Part shown: piece after piece, positions 14,559 to 23,319 of the stretch
Layout of the letters: each line of letters starts with the position of its first letter
How positions within the stretch are numbered: the first letter of the stretch is position 1
Source: a virus
Length of the DNA: 64,000 nucleotides
Reading direction: 5' to 3' (one strand)
IMG/VR virus record: IMGVR_UViG_3300005915_000001
Location: 2,532 to 66,531 of that record
Notes under the pieces: model-generated
Databases searched by the model: none
What the model was told of the DNA's origin: nothing
What the model saw: the letters and a program-made list of their open reading frames with translations, nothing else
Made by a program: the position numbers and the translations under genes

Positions 14559-17471
14559 TTAGAACTCCTCATTCACATAGTCAGGTCGAGCATTTAATTT
14601 CATTTCGTCTGACACTAGCAACTCTTTCAAAAACTCAATGAACTTTGGAGTCTTGCGATAACCACGACCGTCGCGCTGTAGTGCATTCTTTCTAACAAGC
14701 AGCGAAAGCAGCTGAGCCGTTGGCCCTTTGTCCCATCCACACCAGTCACAAATATCTCTGAACTCAATTAGATTTGTATAAAGCAACTGCTGAACAAAGT
14801 CTTCAGGAAATGGTGATTGTAATATTCGTTGTGATAATAACTTTGGATTTAATAATTTGTTTGTAGCACTAATCGCTTTACTGAAATCTCGATACCCAAA
14901 AATACTTTCCGAGTATGTTTTCTCAAGATATTTTGTAATATATTCAACGTGACATCGTCGTACTATTACAGTATGCAAGTCACCATCTTCTGTCGAGAAT
15001 GTCCGGCAAGCCAATGCAATTGCCAATCTACAAAGCTTGAACCTCATTGAACCACGGTCAACTATTGGTATGATCTCTGTGAACATTGTGCAAAGTCTTG
15101 TTGCTTCATCCAGAATAAAATCAACAGCATCATCTGTGAATGTCACTTGCTCAGCTGTTCGTGTCCATGCCCAAAGAATTAACGACTTACTTAATTTCGC
15201 TGTGTGCTTATGCTCTACGTGTGGTCTATACTTTTGTAGTTTATTCAGCACATCAGATTTTATCTGTGTAGACGCAGTGATTAAGACAGTATCAAATCGT
15301 CGGATGTCTTCAAGACTACCAATAAGTTCTTTGACAGCTTCAATGCCAAAGTTGTATGAACTAATCGGCATGTCACTACGTGGATTACTCACCATTATTA
15401 GTCTAGTCCTGGCATGGGTTCGTCGCTTTTCAATCTTCGGAATTTCAGCAACTCCTGACGAACGCATGTCTGTAAGTTTTCCAATAACTTCAACACTTGT
15501 TCCTTTGATTTCTTCGAGGATGACAAGACGCTTATCGTGAGTAGGTATGACTCCCCACGTAACAAACCACCGATTACCAGAACTGACTTGTTGGAGTCCT
15601 CCAAGAAGTCCCGCGACTGTTGCATTCTTACATTCGATTCGTTCGCCGAGTCCATAGTGTTCCATTAATCTTAAAATCGCTTCTGATTTTCCCTGTGAAC
15701 TGTCCCCAGTAATTAAAGTCTCTACCCAACCTTTTGTGAGCTTACCATCGAACTTAAATAACAACGTGCTATGATACGTCAAGTCAATTACAAAATGAAG
15801 AGGTTGTCTTTCAAAAATGTGTGTTATGTTTGCAGACAGATCATCATATATATTTTTGAGTTTCTTATCTATTGATTCAACAGTCCACTCATCTGGTTGA
15901 AAAATTTCTAATTCTTTTAACTCATTGTCATCAGGTTTGAAATTTGACAAAGCATCTTCAGTAGTTTTTGATTCACTGATTAGAATTATGCTTTGTTGCG
16001 TTTTTGGATGCGGATACATCCTACCAATGAACTCATAGTTTTCATTAGTCTCAAGACCATGACCAACACACAATGCAGGTTGTAATATATCATCAACAGA
16101 TCTTGAACTGATTTCTAACTGCGGTGACAATCGAATATCTTCGATATTAAAATATGTCTCTGGCTTGAATTCTACATTCTTGCATGTTGGAATATGTAGA
16201 CCATCCATTAAAGCTTCTCGTTGTGTGCTTTTCCCTGCTGCTACCATCTCAAGTATAGCTGGTGATTCTGGATGTAATTCAATTGAAACCATTCCATCTA
16301 CATCAGGATCTTTTGCAAAAACTGGGCATATACTGCATCCATTTTGATTTCTATCACAATTAGCTTTGATCTTTCTCGGTATAACATAAGGGGCAGTGTC
16401 CATTGCAGTCACTGTCGCTTTTATTCTGATTCGTTTGCCTGTGTACTTGGCTTGCGATGCTTGATTTAGATGCAAGTCAATTATCTCTGTGCTCATCTCC
16501 GAACTAACTTCGAACACTGATTCCCACTCAGATGTGGACTCCATGAGTTTTATAAAGCTTGGTGCTGTCTTTTTCTCCACTCCAAAATAATCATTGATGT
16601 CGCCATTAGGATGCTTTTCAACGTCTAACGGTAATAAGATATTAAAAATCTTATTTACATCTTTCTTTAATCTTGCACAAATAGAATCAGCAGCATCACG
16701 ACCTGCCTTGTCTATATCAGTGCAAGCATAGACGTCCTTACCTTTAAAGAATTGGTTGAATGATATGTCCCAATTACCTTCACCCGCAGTTGCTGTTATT
16801 GCTCCGATCCCGTGTTTGTTTAATCTAGCAGCAGCAACAATTGCTTTCACCTCACCTCCACATAAAATTATTTTACCATACTTCAATTGTTCAAGAGGAA
16901 ATAGTCTAATCTTACCATGACCTCTTTTATTTTTCATTTTCTCTGGTCCAGGGGCTCCTGGAAGATATCGGCGGACATTAACTATTACGCCGTTTACGTT
17001 CGGAATTGGAATACTAATTCGACCATCATCACAACCTAATCTATATTTTCTAATTACAGTGTCGGTGACTCCTCTATCACGAAGAGCTTTCAACAAAGGC
17101 TTTGCAGCCCATATACTTTCATGCCATCGCTCGACAGCACTTGTATCTATCGGCTTGATATTTTCAATTGCATATCGTGTAGACAACTCCTCCCACATGA
17201 CTACACGGGTAGTGCTTAGAGCTTTAGCCAAGTAGGAAACTAAATCCCCTTTTGCACCACAGCCTGCGGTGTGACATTTGAATAAATTATTCTTAACATT
17301 TATGGAACAACTTGGAGTTTTATCATCATGAAATACACACTTGACTTTAACCTCATTTTCCGTTGCAAACTCATACGGTATACCACACCGTTCGAGTTCG
17401 GCTAAACATCCTATACTCTGTAGTTGTTGCTCTGTCATTAAATTCAACCGTATAAGAAACAGCGACGACAC
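14559..17471 (-). CDS. primase-helicase fusion: CHC2 Zn finger + TOPRIM primase + MCM-type AAA+ helicase (ATG start probably 17438)
   Basis: CVFHDDKTPS..C..C; DIDKAG TOPRIM; GDSSQGKS, ATVAGLLGG, VILEEI, SNP, RRFD matching MCM motifs. Confidence 0.85.
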   Translation of the reverse strand: MSSLFLIRLNLMTEQQLQSIGCLAELERCGIPYEFATENEVKVKCVFHDDKTPSCSINVKNNLFKCHTAGCGAKGDLVSYLAKALSTTRVVMWEELSTRYAIENIKPIDTSAVERWHESIWAAKPLLKALRDRGVTDTVIRKYRLGCDDGRISIPIPNVNGVIVNVRRYLPGAPGPEKMKNKRGHGKIRLFPLEQLKYGKIILCGGEVKAIVAAARLNKHGIGAITATAGEGNWDISFNQFFKGKDVYACTDIDKAGRDAADSICARLKKDVNKIFNILLPLDVEKHPNGDINDYFGVEKKTAPSFIKLMESTSEWESVFEVSSEMSTEIIDLHLNQASQAKYTGKRIRIKATVTAMDTAPYVIPRKIKANCDRNQNGCSICPVFAKDPDVDGMVSIELHPESPAILEMVAAGKSTQREALMDGLHIPTCKNVEFKPETYFNIEDIRLSPQLEISSRSVDDILQPALCVGHGLETNENYEFIGRMYPHPKTQQSIILISESKTTEDALSNFKPDDNELKELEIFQPDEWTVESIDKKLKNIYDDLSANITHIFERQPLHFVIDLTYHSTLLFKFDGKLTKGWVETLITGDSSQGKSEAILRLMEHYGLGERIECKNATVAGLLGGLQQVSSGNRWFVTWGVIPTHDKRLVILEEIKGTSVEVIGKLTDMRSSGVAEIPKIEKRRTHARTRLIMVSNPRSDMPISSYNFGIEAVKELIGSLEDIRRFDTVLITASTQIKSDVLNKLQKYRPHVEHKHTAKLSKSLILWAWTRTAEQVTFTDDAVDFILDEATRLCTMFTEIIPIVDRGSMRFKLCRLAIALACRTFSTEDGDLHTVIVRRCHVEYITKYLEKTYSESIFGYRDFSKAISATNKLLNPKLLSQRILQSPFPEDFVQQLLYTNLIEFRDICDWCGWDKGPTAQLLSLLVRKNALQRDGRGYRKTPKFIEFLKELLVSDEMKLNARPDYVNEEF

Positions 17472-17516
17472 CTACAAACCTAGGTGCATGCGGATTACAG
17501 TAAGTGCCGTCGCTAT
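17459..17516 (-). promoter_or_regulatory. 17-bp RNA hairpin between SSB-like gene and primase-helicase
   Basis: AUAGCGACGGCACUUAC / GUAGGUGUCGUCGCUGU followed by UUCUU. Confidence 0.5.
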
Positions 17517-17544
17517 GTGGACACGAATTACAATGTGATGTACT

Positions 17545-18402
17545 TTAGAATTCTTCAGAAGGAGGGACAGCCGATTTGTCTTTCTCACCAGCTTCAGGCT
17601 CATATGTCGCTTGGATCTCTGAATCTACCCGAAGCTTATCAAAATCATTGTGCAATTGCTCAAAGATGGGTTGTTCTTCTTTCGTAACCCAAGGTACTGC
17701 ATCTGATGGGTTTTCAATATCCAAACCATACCAGTCACCTGACCCGTCTCCAGGACGATATGCCACAACAGCTTCGAACACACAATTAAACAATGAAGTT
17801 TTACGCATCTTAATCAATGATGCAAACTTCTGACCTGAGAAGTGTTCTCCCTTGGAAAATGACATTACACAGGGTTCAGATCCTAGTCCATGATCGTAAA
17901 GGCAAACTAAGAAATTCAAATGCTCGACATGTCTTATCTGCATTGTTGGATCTTCAAGGTATTTTGGATGTGGTTCAAACCTCAGTTGTTTTGATTTAGC
18001 TTTTGCAACGATGGGATCATTTGGATCAGTCGTACGATAAATAATCGCAGGTTCTTGACCTTTCAATTTATATGGATTCCATGTGCACCACTCAGCCCAA
18101 AATATAATAGGAACAAATTTGAATTTTGAAATAGTTCCTTCAACAACACGTCCTTTATTATCTCTTTCCATTTCTGTAATTACAGCATTAGTTGGTGACA
18201 AAATCACATCACCAACACCAAAAGCTGCAAGCAATTCAGCTGCCGCAGTTTTCTGAACCATTTTAATATATGGAGGTCTTACGTACTGCTTCAATTCCTC
18301 AAGACCTTTTACATCTTTACCTTCAAGAAAATCAGGCAGAGGCATTGAAAGGTCTGGAGTGATCTTTGTAATCTCTTCACTAACATCTTTAGTTTTAGCC
18401 AT
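17545..18402 (-). CDS. putative single-stranded DNA-binding protein
   Basis: Position in replication module; acidic C-terminal tail ending EEF. Confidence 0.5.
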   Translation of the reverse strand: MAKTKDVSEEITKITPDLSMPLPDFLEGKDVKGLEELKQYVRPPYIKMVQKTAAAELLAAFGVGDVILSPTNAVITEMERDNKGRVVEGTISKFKFVPIIFWAEWCTWNPYKLKGQEPAIIYRTTDPNDPIVAKAKSKQLRFEPHPKYLEDPTMQIRHVEHLNFLVCLYDHGLGSEPCVMSFSKGEHFSGQKFASLIKMRKTSLFNCVFEAVVAYRPGDGSGDWYGLDIENPSDAVPWVTKEEQPIFEQLHNDFDKLRVDSEIQATYEPEAGEKDKSAVPPSEEF

Positions 18403-18419
18403 TGTTTCATTCCTTAATT

Positions 18420-18447
18420 GATTTTTGATTTTTGATTTTTGATTTTT
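18420..18447. repeat. (GATTTTT)x4 tandem repeat
   Basis: Read directly in the intergenic spacer. Confidence 0.8.
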
Positions 18448-18449
18448 GG

Positions 18450-19070
18450 TTATTTTCGTTTGGTTAATACATTTTCCATCTCTTCATCCTTTCCTGAGAT
18501 GTTTTCAAACACAGCTAACAATTCATCAAGCCCTTTATAGGGGGTGATACGCATTTTGTATTGAGTGTAGGTTTTCTCGGCGTCAATTCCTGCTGGTAGT
18601 GGTTTGCCTTGCTCTGCAAGACTCGAAATATGCTCCATGATCCCAGGCCAGTAGGGTTTCACGGTGTTGTCTGCAACTGCCTTGGGATCAACACCTAATG
18701 CATTCATCAATGCGTTGAACTTCTCAGGCTCTCGATTTTTATTTGGAATTGCAGCAGCGATTTTGATGTCTGGAGTACCAGTTGCTAGAGATGCTTTGAT
18801 ATTTATACTTGAACCAAAAGTTACCCATAATGCACATGCAACGTTAATTGCAATCTGCTCTACCCCATTGCATTCTTTACGTAGGTCGTCAGAGAATTTT
18901 GAAATGTCACGTAGGACATACACTACATTTACTAAATCAGGCATAGTATATTTGTTTGCTTTTATCTTGTCTCGAATCATTGAGATGCACTGGTAGCAAT
19001 CTAAATATGTTTGCCTCATAAGCTTGTATTTCATTATCAAATCATACAAGTCTGCCGTTGGTTCATTCAT
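18450..19070 (-). CDS. hypothetical replication-module protein
   Basis: ORF coupled to neighbours. Confidence 0.7.
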   Translation of the reverse strand: MNEPTADLYDLIMKYKLMRQTYLDCYQCISMIRDKIKANKYTMPDLVNVVYVLRDISKFSDDLRKECNGVEQIAINVACALWVTFGSSINIKASLATGTPDIKIAAAIPNKNREPEKFNALMNALGVDPKAVADNTVKPYWPGIMEHISSLAEQGKPLPAGIDAEKTYTQYKMRITPYKGLDELLAVFENISGKDEEMENVLTKRK

Positions 19071-19434
19071 TGCTTTGTCCTTTCCAAACTGATTTATCCA
19101 TAAACTTTTCTATGTACTCACTATTACTGCTATTGAATAGCAACATTTTAAATTTGTCGAAACTTTGAGAAATTGGAATAAGAGCGACTGAAACAGTAAC
19201 TAAAGATCCAACGATGCACAGATAGTCAACCAACGGATCATAATTATGGATTAATAATTGATGTAATACCGCTCGACCATATCGTGGATGATCGAATACT
19301 CCGACGCGCCTTTGCATTGGTTTGAATAGATAAATTATCTCACCAAACTTTTCAGCTGAACTAACATCAATATATCGTCGTGGTTCTTCAATGATGAATA
19401 CTTTAGACATTCTCTTCACCTGTTCTGGGGACAT
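19063..19434 (-). CDS. hypothetical protein
   Basis: ORF; start probably the second Met (MSKVF, 19410). Confidence 0.7.
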   Translation of the reverse strand: MSPEQVKRMSKVFIIEEPRRYIDVSSAEKFGEIIYLFKPMQRRVGVFDHPRYGRAVLHQLLIHNYDPLVDYLCIVGSLVTVSVALIPISQSFDKFKMLLFNSSNSEYIEKFMDKSVWKGQSNE

Positions 19435-21460
19435 AACTTAAAATCTTTTGCATAATGTTTGTAACGTCTTGCAGTTTTACTGCATTTATTTTCTTATCAA
19501 CAACCCTACATGCAATCTCTTCATCGATAGTTCCTGGAAAAATTAAATCAGTAATCATAACCGAGACTCTTGTTCCTTTTCTCACTGCACGGTCTTCACT
19601 TTGCGTTCTATGAATCATTGACCAACTTTGCGAGGTATAGATTTCTTGTGTTGTGTTGCATCCATGATCTTTTGTAGTTCCTACCCACTCAGGTATATGT
19701 CCCCACAAATCGAGGCCGACTCCCCCAGCTGCGGGATTACCGAGAAATACTTTACAACTTGGGTCTTCATTGTATTGGCGTTGAGCTTCCTCCCTATCCC
19801 TGTCACTTGTTCCACCGAAGTATGTAACATGCTTGATTCCTTCTTCATCCAGTCTTTTGGATAATGTTTTTATTACATGAACCCAATTAGTCCAGATAAT
19901 GGTTTTATCAAATTTTGTTTTTGATTTAAGAATTTCAATAACTGCATCAATTTTGGGATTAGGAAATATATCTTCAATACTACCGCCAGTAGAATTACCA
20001 GCATCATCGATTACTGCATCCCATTTAATATATCCAGAGGTGATTTGTGAAAGTCGAAGGAGCTTCGTTAAGATATTTTTTGCAGTAAGCTGTTGATTGG
20101 TAGATCGTTCCATATCGGCTTCGATTTCAATAGCAAGTTTCTTTTGCAAATTAATATAGCATTCTCTTTGAAACTTTGACATCTCTACTTCATAAATATC
20201 ATAAGTTTTACCAGGTAATTCAGGCATTGCTTCTTTGCGTGTGATCATGAAGCAAAGACGTGCAAATCGTTCTTGAATAATTGGAAGATTATTATACCCA
20301 TTTAAGATTTCTCGATGGTTTTCATCAGCTGGAAGAAACTTTCCATAATAACTTCTAAAAGCTTTGTATGATGTAAATCCGCTGAGTCCTTCACCGAGCC
20401 ATTCTAATTGCGTCCATGCATCAAATAAACTATTTGCAATTGGTGTTCCTGTTAATCCTGATCTGCTCTTACAAATTTCACGAAGTTCTAAAATGCGCTT
20501 CCAACGCTTTGTTTTATCACTCTTAATCATGTGGGCTTCATCTAATGAGCAGTGATCCCACTCTACCATACGTATTGCTTCCCATGATTGTTGTATAGTT
20601 CCGTACGAACAAATCACAACAGTGTACTCACAGTCATCATCTGGTTTAAATGCTTCGCACATTAATTTAACGCGATCAAGTTGACCACCTCGCAGAACAG
20701 TCAACTTTCCAGGATGTACTGCGAAATCCATGAACTTATTATGCCAACTCATTCGCACACACTTAGGAACAACGATCAATGCACGATACATACGTTTTTC
20801 TTTTTTGTAGACTCTATGTGCTTCGTAACAAACTCTTGAGATTATAACAGGAGTCTTTCCAGTTCCTTGCTCACCCCAATGGTTTGCACCATCTTCGTAT
20901 AAAGATGAAGCGAGTGCTGCTTTCTGAGAATCCATCAGAGGTCTCTTTGGATGATCAATCCAATCATCAGGCATTTCAGGGATTATTTTATGTAGTTTGT
21001 ATTTAGCTTTGATTTCTGAATTAAATGTTTGCTTCATGAATCTAATCAAAAGATAGTCATAAACTATTTTCGCATCATCTTCAAAGCTTAACCTATCTTT
21101 ATCCCAAAGTGCGTTCGTTAAAATTGCAGTAAAATCTGTGCATGCTACAAGAAATTGAACTAGACCAAAACCAACAACGAGTTTTCTTTCAGGGATACGT
21201 TGTATGAATCTTTTATACAACCAAGAGGAAGTGACTTCTCTGCCATCAGAAGTTAAAGCATAGAACTTAAAAAGAAAACGCTTACCTTCTTTGTCGAGAG
21301 AGATATGAAGTTTATCGTTGCTTGCAAATGGGATTGGTAAGAACAATCTTTTAGTGGAATCACTAAGAGGTTCAATAAACTTTTGAGAAATGAGATCTGG
21401 CGTGGGGATAATAGGGGATGGTAGAAACAATTGTAGTTTTGGTGAGGAGAGTAAATTCAT
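19403..21460 (-). CDS. SNF2-family (SF2) helicase (start revised to 21460)
   Basis: EQGTGKT, LDEAH, LTGTP, GGVGLDL, QSEDRAVR; the ORF-track N-terminus spans a promoter; RBS AAAGGA before MNLLSS. Confidence 0.9.
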   Translation of the reverse strand: MNLLSSPKLQLFLPSPIIPTPDLISQKFIEPLSDSTKRLFLPIPFASNDKLHISLDKEGKRFLFKFYALTSDGREVTSSWLYKRFIQRIPERKLVVGFGLVQFLVACTDFTAILTNALWDKDRLSFEDDAKIVYDYLLIRFMKQTFNSEIKAKYKLHKIIPEMPDDWIDHPKRPLMDSQKAALASSLYEDGANHWGEQGTGKTPVIISRVCYEAHRVYKKEKRMYRALIVVPKCVRMSWHNKFMDFAVHPGKLTVLRGGQLDRVKLMCEAFKPDDDCEYTVVICSYGTIQQSWEAIRMVEWDHCSLDEAHMIKSDKTKRWKRILELREICKSRSGLTGTPIANSLFDAWTQLEWLGEGLSGFTSYKAFRSYYGKFLPADENHREILNGYNNLPIIQERFARLCFMITRKEAMPELPGKTYDIYEVEMSKFQRECYINLQKKLAIEIEADMERSTNQQLTAKNILTKLLRLSQITSGYIKWDAVIDDAGNSTGGSIEDIFPNPKIDAVIEILKSKTKFDKTIIWTNWVHVIKTLSKRLDEEGIKHVTYFGGTSDRDREEAQRQYNEDPSCKVFLGNPAAGGVGLDLWGHIPEWVGTTKDHGCNTTQEIYTSQSWSMIHRTQSEDRAVRKGTRVSVMITDLIFPGTIDEEIACRVVDKKINAVKLQDVTNIMQKILSYVPRTGEENV

Positions 21461-21512
21461 AATTTTGTCCTTTGTACTATGTACTATGTACTGCACTTTT
21501 TCCAATATGCGT

Positions 21513-21541
21513 ATTATACCATAATACACCTTGTTTGTAAA
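21513..21541 (-). promoter_or_regulatory. sigma70-type promoter for the replication module
   Basis: TTTACA-17 nt-TATAAT with extended -10 TG and AT-rich upstream tract. Confidence 0.8.
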
Positions 21542-21639
21542 CAATAAAATAGACAAAATTAAAAAATTTTTTATAAATAAACAGAGCATGAAACTCAAAA
21601 CTTGAGAAGACTTGAAGAGACCTGGAAAGGATTTTAAGA

Positions 21640-22251
21640 TCATGCCCTGTTTAAAAGCGATTTGTTTTTTCTAACTTTTCTTGAAGCTTGGTAGTGTACA
21701 ATAACAGGATTTTTAATTTCAGTCATACGACGATGTATGCAGCAGTATTCTCCCGGAAGTTTATGGTAGGAACTACCAACAACTTTTTGTAATGACTTTT
21801 GATCCCAAACTTTCGGATGAGTTCTGCATTCTTCAATCCACTTTTCAACTAAACTAATAGTGCTTTCATTATTTTGCAGAAACAATGTACCACTTAGTAA
21901 TTCCATTAGATTGCTTTTATTATGTGGGTAGTATTTTGCTTGACTGAATTCAAATGCCGCAATATCGCAAGTCAAAGAATCAAACAAAACTGGATATCTT
22001 TTAAACTCCGCATCGCAATCAACCCATATAATATTTTCATTAGGATGTGCTTTAAGCATTTGCAATAAAAATGTTGGTTTATGATTCGTGTTTTTGAACC
22101 AACACTTTTGATTTATAATTGATCGTACATCATGTGGAATTTTAAATTTATCCATTGACTTAATCAAAACCAACGATAAATCTTTATAGAAAGTGTTCTC
22201 GGTAAAGTAACTTGCAACTACCCATGATTTCATATTGTTCAACCTAACCAA
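21640..22251 (-). CDS. nucleotide-diphospho-sugar transferase (GT-A fold)
   Basis: KPTF..., WVDCDA (DxD), SGTLF, WDQ, HYQASR motifs. Confidence 0.75.
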   Translation of the reverse strand: MVRLNNMKSWVVASYFTENTFYKDLSLVLIKSMDKFKIPHDVRSIINQKCWFKNTNHKPTFLLQMLKAHPNENIIWVDCDAEFKRYPVLFDSLTCDIAAFEFSQAKYYPHNKSNLMELLSGTLFLQNNESTISLVEKWIEECRTHPKVWDQKSLQKVVGSSYHKLPGEYCCIHRRMTEIKNPVIVHYQASRKVRKNKSLLNRA

Positions 22252-22258
22252 ATAATGC

Positions 22259-22485
22259 TTGGTAACTGATAATTGAAAGTCGTCCTGGGTTAGGTCATAC
22301 CCCCCTACCCCGAGTATCTATTTAATTATAGATATAAAAGACCAACAATACATATTCTATATATTATACTATACTATACTAATAAGACAGTTTTTAAGTC
22401 TATACAAACAAAGGACTTAGAGATAGCTATTCAAATAGGGGTCTATGACCTACCCCGGGACAACTTTGCATTATCAGTTACCAGC
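22259..22485. repeat. ~230-bp element with terminal inverted repeats, copy 1
   Basis: Ends TGGTAACTGATAAT...GGTCATA.CCCC on both strands; AT-rich core; related copy at 62637-62932. Confidence 0.75.
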
Positions 22486-23319
22486 TACTTTTCTGAGTTT
22501 TTGCTTTATGTTTTCTTCAGACTCAAACACAGTCCACGTGCCGTCACCCATCGCTTCTTTGATAATTTTAGCATTACGACAAATCAATTCCGCTCCTTTT
22601 GGTTCAATGCTTGATGCTTGATCGGACCCATACATAGATCGATCTAACGTTAGGTGGAACTCAATCATTTCTACACCTAATACAGCAGCAGCAGTGCAAA
22701 ATACAGTGCTTGGACTATGATTAGAAAATCCAATTTTAAGTGAAGGAAACTGAGCTTCTAATGTTTGTATGAAATTTAAATTCATCTCTTCAGGTTTCGT
22801 TGGATAAGTGGATGTGCATGCAAGAATATATTCTAAGTTTTCACCTAAAGTATCTATCGCAATTTCAATTTCATATTTGGTAGACATCCCAGTACTGAGA
22901 ATTATTTTCTTACCAGTTTTCTTTATAGCGTGTAGCAATCCCAGATCAGTCAATGAAGCTGATGCAACTTTAATATACTCGTTGTTGAATTGATTTAGAA
23001 AATCTACAGATTCAATGTCCCATGGAGACGCAAACCAAATCATTCCCTTATCTTCAACATACATATCAATTTCTTTATAATCTATCTCACTGAGTTCAAG
23101 ACCAAACTTCTGATCACGATTTGTATTGCCCCATGGAGAGTTCCTAAACCGATCAAGATCTTCTTTCGTGTAAATAACTTCAACAGTTCGTTTTTGAAAC
23201 TTCACTGCGTCACATCCTGCTCTGGCTGCAACATCAATAAGTTTCTTTACAATATCCATATCGCCATTATGATTGATTCCAATTTCCGCTACTATCATCA
23301 TACTATTTTTTCCTTGCAT
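22474..23319 (-). CDS. neuB: N-acetylneuraminate/nonulosonic acid synthase
   Basis: AEIGINHNGD, DAVKFQKR, KVASA, ILSTGMS, CTSTYP, GFSNH, EFHLTLDR..GSDQ. Confidence 0.93.
   Translation of the reverse strand: MQGKNSMMIVAEIGINHNGDMDIVKKLIDVAARAGCDAVKFQKRTVEVIYTKEDLDRFRNSPWGNTNRDQKFGLELSEIDYKEIDMYVEDKGMIWFASPWDIESVDFLNQFNNEYIKVASASLTDLGLLHAIKKTGKKIILSTGMSTKYEIEIAIDTLGENLEYILACTSTYPTKPEEMNLNFIQTLEAQFPSLKIGFSNHSPSTVFCTAAAVLGVEMIEFHLTLDRSMYGSDQASSIEPKGAELICRNAKIIKEAMGDGTWTVFESEENIKQKLRKVAGN

Noticed and set aside
21461-21643. Hydrophobic N-terminal extension of the SNF2 helicase in the ORF track
   Set aside because: It spans a consensus promoter and AT-rich tract; RBS and ATG at 21460 are a better start.
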